A stretch of 64,000 bases of DNA, from positions 8,527-72,526 of the forward strand of contig JACPAD010000001.1 in the NCBI GenBank assembly GCA_016180955.1, given 5' to 3'. The notes beneath the pieces were generated by a model that saw nothing but the letters and a program-made list of their open reading frames with translations, did no database searches and had not been told where the DNA came from. Source of the DNA: Candidatus Zambryskiibacteriota bacterium (GTDB taxonomy: Bacteria > Patescibacteriota > Minisyncoccia > Phycocordibacterales > Zambryskibacteraceae). The first letter of the stretch is position 1, and every line of letters begins with the position of its first letter. A program made the position numbers and the translations under genes. Below, one piece after another: positions 59,145 to 64,000 of this stretch.

Positions 59145-61733
59145 TTACTGGCAGCTATCGCAGATTAAAGCATCACCCGGATCAGAAACGATGATATTCA
59201 ATTTAGGCTTTTCTTCAATATCGGTTTTCTTTTCCTCAACTACTGGCATTACTTCGGGCACCGTTACCATAACCGCTTCTCCTGACGCTATTGGCTCATT
59301 AAAGACCTTCTTGAACCCGGGAGTATCTTTAAGTCCCGAGAGCACAGCAAAGCCGCGTTTACCGATAACTTCTGCTTTGTTAACCCGCGTGGTGGACTGC
59401 TCGGCATTGTGGCGCGGCTTCATATGGAGATAGTAAGTGGATTTGAGCCCTTTCTCCCAGGCGGTTTTGTAGAGCTCCATAGTCTTGTCTATATCTCTGG
59501 TCTCAAGGTAAATATTTCTCGAGATGGCCTGATCGAACCATTTCTGCGCCCGGGCGGCTACCTCGACGTAAGCATAAGGAGAATTTGTAAAGGAGGTTTT
59601 GTAAACTTCGCGGATATGTTCTGGAATTTCTTCTATTTCGGAGATGTCGCCGCGATTCTCGATGATGCGCTCCTTAACGTAGTCCCAGAGGTCCATATTC
59701 TTGAGGTCTTTGACCAGATTATGGTTGATGTCGAGGTACTTGCCGGAGATTTTATTTCTAGAGAATACCTGCGAGAAGCGCGCATCCATGCCCGGCACGG
59801 TGCCGGCAAGGAGGCCGATATTGGCATTCGGAGCCACCGCCATAAGAGTAGCATTTCGGATGCCGTTTTTAACCTTATTACGCAAAATATCCCAATCAAG
59901 ACCGCGATGATGACTTGTTTTGTCAAGCTTTAGTTTAGTGCCGCGGTCTTCTTCCAAGACTCTGACGGAATCGATAGGAACCATGCCTTTACTCCAGCCA
60001 GAACCCGCAAAATTTTTATAAGCTCCGCGAATTTGAGCGAGGTTAGCGCTCTCGTCAATGGCCATATAGGAGACGAATTCAAAAATACGGTCGGCGAAGT
60101 TGTAGGCATGGATGCTGTCGTAAGCAAGGCCGAGCTTCTCGAAAATGTCTGCCACGCCCATAACGCCAAGACCGACGGCGCGGTTCTCGGAGTCGGATTT
60201 CCTTGCTTCCGGAAGAAGGAGAGTGTTGATGTCGACCAGATTATCAAGTATGCGCACGGCAAGACGCACTGTCTCCTCAAGCTTCTGCCAATTAACCTCT
60301 TTGTTTGAGACATGGGTAGCAAGGTTTACGGAAGCGAGATTGCAGACCGCGATATTCTCCTTGTCTTGAGGCAGACAAATCTCGGTGCATAGATTGGACA
60401 TATGAATGGTGCCAGTATTATTGTTGAGTGCGCGGAGATTAATGGCGTCTTTCCAAACAAGCCATGGGTGCGAAGTAGTCTGAAGCGAGACGAGCATTTT
60501 TCTAAATAATTCCTTAGCGGGCATTTTTTTATGGACACGCATTCTGCCTTGCTTTGCCATTTCAATATATTCGGCGTAGCGCTTGGAGAAGGCGGAGCCG
60601 TATAGTTCTACAAGGTCGGCAGTTTCTTTCGGGTCGAAGAGATACCATTCCTCGTCCGCGGCGACACGTTTCATAAACTCATCGGAAATATAAGCCGCGG
60701 TATTGGCCGTGCGCATACGGGCGTAGTCGTCGCCGGCATTATGCTTCCACTCTAGAAATTCCGTGAAGTCGAGATGCCAATTCTCCATGTAGAAACAAAG
60801 CGCTCCCAGCTTCTTGCCCCCGCGCTGAATAGCGCGGATGGCCGTATCCATAATCTTGGCAAATGGCGTCGGTCCGGTAGAGAAGCCACCTCCAGCGGCA
60901 GTCAAAGGAGAGCCGGAAGCGCGCAGTTTGGTCACGGACACTCCGAGCCCGCCGGACATTTTAGAAAGCATCATGACGTCGGAAACTGACTTGGCGATGT
61001 GCTCCATATCATCTTCAACTTGGAGTAAGAAACAGTTGGAGAGCGCGGGACGTGTGGTGCCGGCACCGAGATTACAGGAACCGCCAGTGATGAAATCCAT
61101 TTTGCTCATCTTGTGGTAGAAGAGCTTGGCCCATTTAGTCGGATTTTCTTCATTATAAGAAAGACCCATGGCTACGCGCATGAAGAAGTACTGGGGAGTT
61201 TCGATCGGTTCTTGTCTGGCATTCTTGATAGCATAACGATTTAAGAGTCCCGACAGTCCAGCATAAAGAAAAAGTTCATCGCGCGAAAGATCGAATGCGT
61301 GCGCCAGCTCCTTCAGATTAAACTTTTCCTTCATTCTCTTGTCGAGTCTGCCATGCTCAATTCCTTTTTCTATATAAATTGGAAAATATTCCCGATGCTT
61401 TTTCTCTAAAATCCTTGAGCTGTCTTCGTAATCGCCTAAAATTTTTTTGTAAACGGTCTTAAGGAGAAGTCTGGTGGCGATTTTGTCGTATTCAGGGTCG
61501 TGTTGGACATTCTGAATGGCGGCGTTGATGGTTGCCTTGTCCATTTCCTCGGTAGTAATACCGTCGTAGAGAGTAAGACGGGTCTCGGTAGCGACTTGAA
61601 TCACTTTGGAGATAGGGTCCTCAAGTCCGATAGTGGCGCGTTCGATGGAACGATTGATTTTATCGGCATTAAAGGACTCTTTAGTGCCGTCGCGGTGAGT
61701 GATTTGGATTGACATGAGTGATGGCTGGAACAT
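59145..61733 (-). CDS. nrdA: Ribonucleotide reductase class I alpha subunit with ATP-cone
   Basis: ATP-cone (ITHRDGTKESFNADKINRSIE), NLCTEI, C-terminal CDSCQ. Alternative start ATG 61715. Confidence 0.9.
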   Translation of the reverse strand: MFQPSLMSIQITHRDGTKESFNADKINRSIERATIGLEDPISKVIQVATETRLTLYDGITTEEMDKATINAAIQNVQHDPEYDKIATRLLLKTVYKKILGDYEDSSRILEKKHREYFPIYIEKGIEHGRLDKRMKEKFNLKELAHAFDLSRDELFLYAGLSGLLNRYAIKNARQEPIETPQYFFMRVAMGLSYNEENPTKWAKLFYHKMSKMDFITGGSCNLGAGTTRPALSNCFLLQVEDDMEHIAKSVSDVMMLSKMSGGLGVSVTKLRASGSPLTAAGGGFSTGPTPFAKIMDTAIRAIQRGGKKLGALCFYMENWHLDFTEFLEWKHNAGDDYARMRTANTAAYISDEFMKRVAADEEWYLFDPKETADLVELYGSAFSKRYAEYIEMAKQGRMRVHKKMPAKELFRKMLVSLQTTSHPWLVWKDAINLRALNNNTGTIHMSNLCTEICLPQDKENIAVCNLASVNLATHVSNKEVNWQKLEETVRLAVRILDNLVDINTLLLPEARKSDSENRAVGLGVMGVADIFEKLGLAYDSIHAYNFADRIFEFVSYMAIDESANLAQIRGAYKNFAGSGWSKGMVPIDSVRVLEEDRGTKLKLDKTSHHRGLDWDILRNKVKNGIRNATLMAVAPNANIGLLAGTVPGMDARFSQVFSRNKISGKYLDINHNLVKDLKNMDLWDYVKERIIENRGDISEIEEIPEHIREVYKTSFTNSPYAYVEVAARAQKWFDQAISRNIYLETRDIDKTMELYKTAWEKGLKSTYYLHMKPRHNAEQSTTRVNKAEVIGKRGFAVLSGLKDTPGFKKVFNEPIASGEAVMVTVPEVMPVVEEKKTDIEEKPKLNIIVSDPGDALICDSCQ

Positions 61734-61770
61734 ATTTTGCAGTTAAGTATATTGTATATCAAATTAAATA

Positions 61771-62247
61771 CTATTTTTTCTGTAGATAAGATATAAATTG
61801 CCCTATGTCAATATCATACTTTTGCGCTTCTCCCGCTGGTATTTCCAAAACATATTTTATGTTGTCTGGTGGATAGAAAGCTTTCGGATAGGTATTAGGG
61901 TTTATTAATCTTTCAATTCCTACAACCTTCCAATTCTCATCAATCCAGACGATGTCTATCGGAAAGTGCATGTTCTTCATCCAGAAGCCATACTTAGCCG
62001 GCTCATCGAAGATAAAAAGCACTCCGTGTCCGGTCTCTAAAGTCCCTTTGTCCGAAAGTCCTTGCGCTCTCTCTTCTTCAGTATCAGCAATCTCGACTTC
62101 AATATTATTTTTACCTACAACTACATAGGTCCGACCTATGTAGTTTTGATAATGTACCGGTGCTGACTTTTGTAAAAATGCATAGAAAGACCAGAGGATA
62201 ATAGAGAGACCAATAATTAAAAAGAAAGCGTTTTTCAGAGAATTCAT
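61771..62247 (-). CDS. DUF192-family secreted protein
   Basis: N-terminal TM/signal. GFWMKNMHFPIDIVWID motif. Confidence 0.7.
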   Translation of the reverse strand: MNSLKNAFFLIIGLSIILWSFYAFLQKSAPVHYQNYIGRTYVVVGKNNIEVEIADTEEERAQGLSDKGTLETGHGVLFIFDEPAKYGFWMKNMHFPIDIVWIDENWKVVGIERLINPNTYPKAFYPPDNIKYVLEIPAGEAQKYDIDIGQFISYLQKK

Positions 62248-62262
62248 TACTTGAATTATAAC

Positions 62263-62288
62263 AAAAAAGCCCCTCTCGGGGCTTTTTT
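62263..62288. terminator. Bidirectional terminator A6-GCCCC-tctc-GGGGC-T6
   Basis: Read directly. Lies downstream of the RRM gene. Confidence 0.75.
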
Positions 62289-62290
62289 GT

Positions 62291-62578
62291 TTACATCGGG
62301 CGGCGGTTCATGCCGTTGCCGTTGCGAGGCTCGAGCGGACGAGCGACATTGACAGTCAGCTTCCTTCCTTCGAAGTCCTGACCGTTGTACATCTCGATCG
62401 CCTTCTGGGCCTCTTCATCAGACGCCATTTCGACGAATCCAAAACCCTTGGACCTGCCGGTCATGCGGTCAATGATGATAGCCGTAGAAACGACGGAACC
62501 TGCTTTGGCAAATGTTTCGCCCAAAGCGGCTTCAGTCGTGGAATAAGGAATCCCTCCGACGTATAACTTGGTACTCAT
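62291..62578 (-). CDS. RRM-type RNA-binding protein
   Basis: RNP2 KLYVGG and RNP1 KGFGFVEM. Confidence 0.9.
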   Translation of the reverse strand: MSTKLYVGGIPYSTTEAALGETFAKAGSVVSTAIIIDRMTGRSKGFGFVEMASDEEAQKAIEMYNGQDFEGRKLTVNVARPLEPRNGNGMNRRPM

Positions 62579-62692
62579 TTAACTTAACTTATTGCCGGCC
62601 TTTCTAATAAAGCATGTAAGCGCCGGGCCTATCTCATCTCAAGAAACCTCTCAACGAGAACCTTACACAATCTAACTATATCATACCTCGAT

Positions 62693-62899
62693 TTAGAAGA
62701 AAAGCCTTTTAAGCCAATTCTTTAATTTGTTCCAAACCAAATATCTTATACCTAATATCTCCAAACCTACTACCAACAAAAAGCCCACCGGGGTAAAGGG
62801 GGTAATAACGGAGATCAAGCCGATGATAACAAGGAGTACCCCGATCGCTCTCCTCAACCTCGGATTCTCCCCTAAAAATTTTCTAATTTTTTCTCTCAA
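62693..62899 (-). CDS. Small two-TM membrane protein (PGPGW-like)
   Basis: 68 aa. AIGVLLVIIGLISVITPFTPVGFLLVVGLEILG. Confidence 0.35.
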   Translation of the reverse strand: MREKIRKFLGENPRLRRAIGVLLVIIGLISVITPFTPVGFLLVVGLEILGIRYLVWNKLKNWLKRLFF

Positions 62900-62905
62900 A
62901 ATATA

Positions 62906-63673
62906 CTATTCCTTTTTGGCGAGTAATGAGATACTCTTGACACCGAAATCCCTAGTTGCTCCCTGGGCTGATTTGGATAGGAAACTGTATTGGGAATTCT
63001 TTCTTACTTTTTTAATTTCTAATCCAGCGTTTTGAATATATTGTTTGTAGGTATCTTCCTGTGCGGCTCCACCTATACAGGATGCCCATATGTCTATATC
63101 GCAGACTATTTTTTCGGTCAACTGTTTTTCTGTAACAATATCTGATATAGCTAGCCGGCCGCCCTTTTTCAGCACACGGGCTATTTCCTGAAAAACTTTC
63201 TCTTTTTCAGCCGATAAATTAATAACCCCGTTCGAAATCACCACATCAAATATTTCTTTTTCCTCGGGGAGTGTTTCAATATATCCCTTTTTGAATATTA
63301 TATTAGAAAATCCGGCTTGATTCTTAAGTTCTTCGGCTTTGGAAAGTTGCTCATCGGTCATGTCCAACCCCACAACTTTTCCGTCGCTGCCCGTTTTTAA
63401 CCCAGCAATAAATGTATCCATTCCCGAACCTGAACCTAAATCAAGCACGGTTTCACCCGGTTTGATATCAGCCATATCAAAGTGATAACCAACTCCGGCA
63501 AAAGATTCAGTGGAAGCAGTAGGAATTCTATCCAAATCCGCTTTAGGATATCCTAATTTTTCTGCCAAAGCGCGTCCCATTTCAAAATGAAATTTGCCTT
63601 GCGGATTTTCGGCCACGGCTTTATACATTTCTTTAACCTTGTTTTGGAGTTTTTTAGTATCTATTTGTACCAT
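62906..63673 (-). CDS. Class I SAM-dependent methyltransferase, ArsM-like
   Basis: VLDLGSGSGMD SAM motif and WASCIGGA. The N-terminal Cys pair of canonical ArsM was not seen. TTGCAA-17-TATAAT promoter upstream. Confidence 0.7.
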   Translation of the reverse strand: MVQIDTKKLQNKVKEMYKAVAENPQGKFHFEMGRALAEKLGYPKADLDRIPTASTESFAGVGYHFDMADIKPGETVLDLGSGSGMDTFIAGLKTGSDGKVVGLDMTDEQLSKAEELKNQAGFSNIIFKKGYIETLPEEKEIFDVVISNGVINLSAEKEKVFQEIARVLKKGGRLAISDIVTEKQLTEKIVCDIDIWASCIGGAAQEDTYKQYIQNAGLEIKKVRKNSQYSFLSKSAQGATRDFGVKSISLLAKKE

Positions 63674-63738
63674 AATTTTGATAAGTATTATTTTCTTCCA
63701 TTATATCAATATAAAAAAATACTTGCAAAAAATTATTG

Positions 63739-63775
63739 AAAAAATCCACTAAAATTTGTGGTAGTGGATTTTTTT
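63739..63775. terminator. Bidirectional hairpin A5-ATCCACTA...TAGTGGAT-T6
   Basis: Read directly. Follows the stop of the partial upstream gene. Confidence 0.65.
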
Positions 63776-63798
63776 CAAATAGTAGTTCTTGCCTGGAG

Positions 63799-63999
63799 TT
63801 AAGGATTTTTCTTTTGTGAGGGCTGGTAAGTCTTTTGCCATTCTTCACAAGTGTAGCTGCCTGTGTAATTAGGCTCGCATGGAGAATGATTCTGCAGTTG
63901 TGGATGACTTCTGTCCCAAATTACATTTCTAAAAGGCGAGGCCGCAAGATTCAAAACAATCATAACTGCTAAAGAAATGCCGAGCCAAGAAAATGCGTA
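63799..63999 (-). CDS. Hypothetical protein, C-terminal part (N-terminus beyond the window)
   Basis: Own translation ...YAFSWLGISLAVMIVLNLAASPFRNVIWDRSHPQLQNHSPCEPNYTGSYTCEEWQKTYQPSQKKNP, stop at 63801-63799. Confidence 0.3.
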   Translation of the reverse strand, partial: YAFSWLGISLAVMIVLNLAASPFRNVIWDRSHPQLQNHSPCEPNYTGSYTCEEWQKTYQPSQKKNP

Positions 64000-64000
64000 T

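Noticed and set aside
61734-61770. NrdR box upstream of nrdA
   Set aside because: The AT-rich sequence GATATACAATATACTTAAC does not fit the palindromic NrdR consensus well enough, and no nrdR gene is in the window.
63654-63848. 64-aa minus-strand ORF upstream of the methyltransferase
   Set aside because: It spans the promoter and the terminator hairpin. The real coding frame in 63799-63999 is a different one, ending at 63799.

Overview
Gene-dense 64-kb bacterial chromosomal segment with about 75 protein genes, 2 tRNAs, no rRNA and no CRISPR array. Standard genetic code: TGA is used as a stop, e.g. scpA. The style suggests a reduced-genome Patescibacteria/CPR-like organism (inference). Supporting signs are shortened housekeeping proteins (L9, EF-Ts, RF1, GltX, Ogt), an archaeal-type AspRS, a split transketolase, an RRM protein, DUF192, many gene overlaps and few Shine-Dalgarno sites. 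Core blocks: arsR-trpS-aspS-scpAB-dac-asnB; mraY-ftsW-murG-gltX-M23; xerC-like; rpmA/rplI/ctp/cysS/dnaB/recR; rplU-rmuC; copB; mraZ-rsmH-ftsL-ftsI; gyrB; pheS; GT2; tsf-rpsB; rpmE-prfA-prmC; rplY; a sugar-phosphate block (fba, pfkB-type kinase, split tkt, rpe, rpiB, gap); nrdAB. Main observations: (1) A self-contained, visibly GC-richer three-gene cassette (double-HTH protein, 93-aa unknown, ParB/Srx-fold DGRHR protein) lies between recR and rplU. (2) A 334-bp GIY-YIG unit sits at the 5' end of tRNA-Glu, bounded by a 24-bp direct duplication of the tRNA 5' part. (3) A ~24-nt nucleotide element (CCCTCGAC..CTCrGGGCArG) is inserted in frame in ScpB, RecR and twice in CopB. It is read in two different frames. 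A perfect 12-bp GC palindrome is inserted in frame in rpmE. (4) Host operon-leading genes have a -10 box 6-7 nt before the ATG with no SD, suggesting leaderless mRNAs. Several small GC-richer micro-islands instead carry TTGACA-17-TAnnnT promoters, GGAGG SD sites and GC-rich terminators. (5) A phased ATTCG pentamer array / TCGTATCATTCGAT box lies upstream of mraY, dnaB and a thioredoxin-like gene. (6) A HigBA-type toxin-antitoxin pair is inserted between the two transketolase halves. (7) Both tRNAs have a UCCGAUU T-loop (C at position 55). All coordinates and motifs were read by hand. GC statements are by eye and were not computed.
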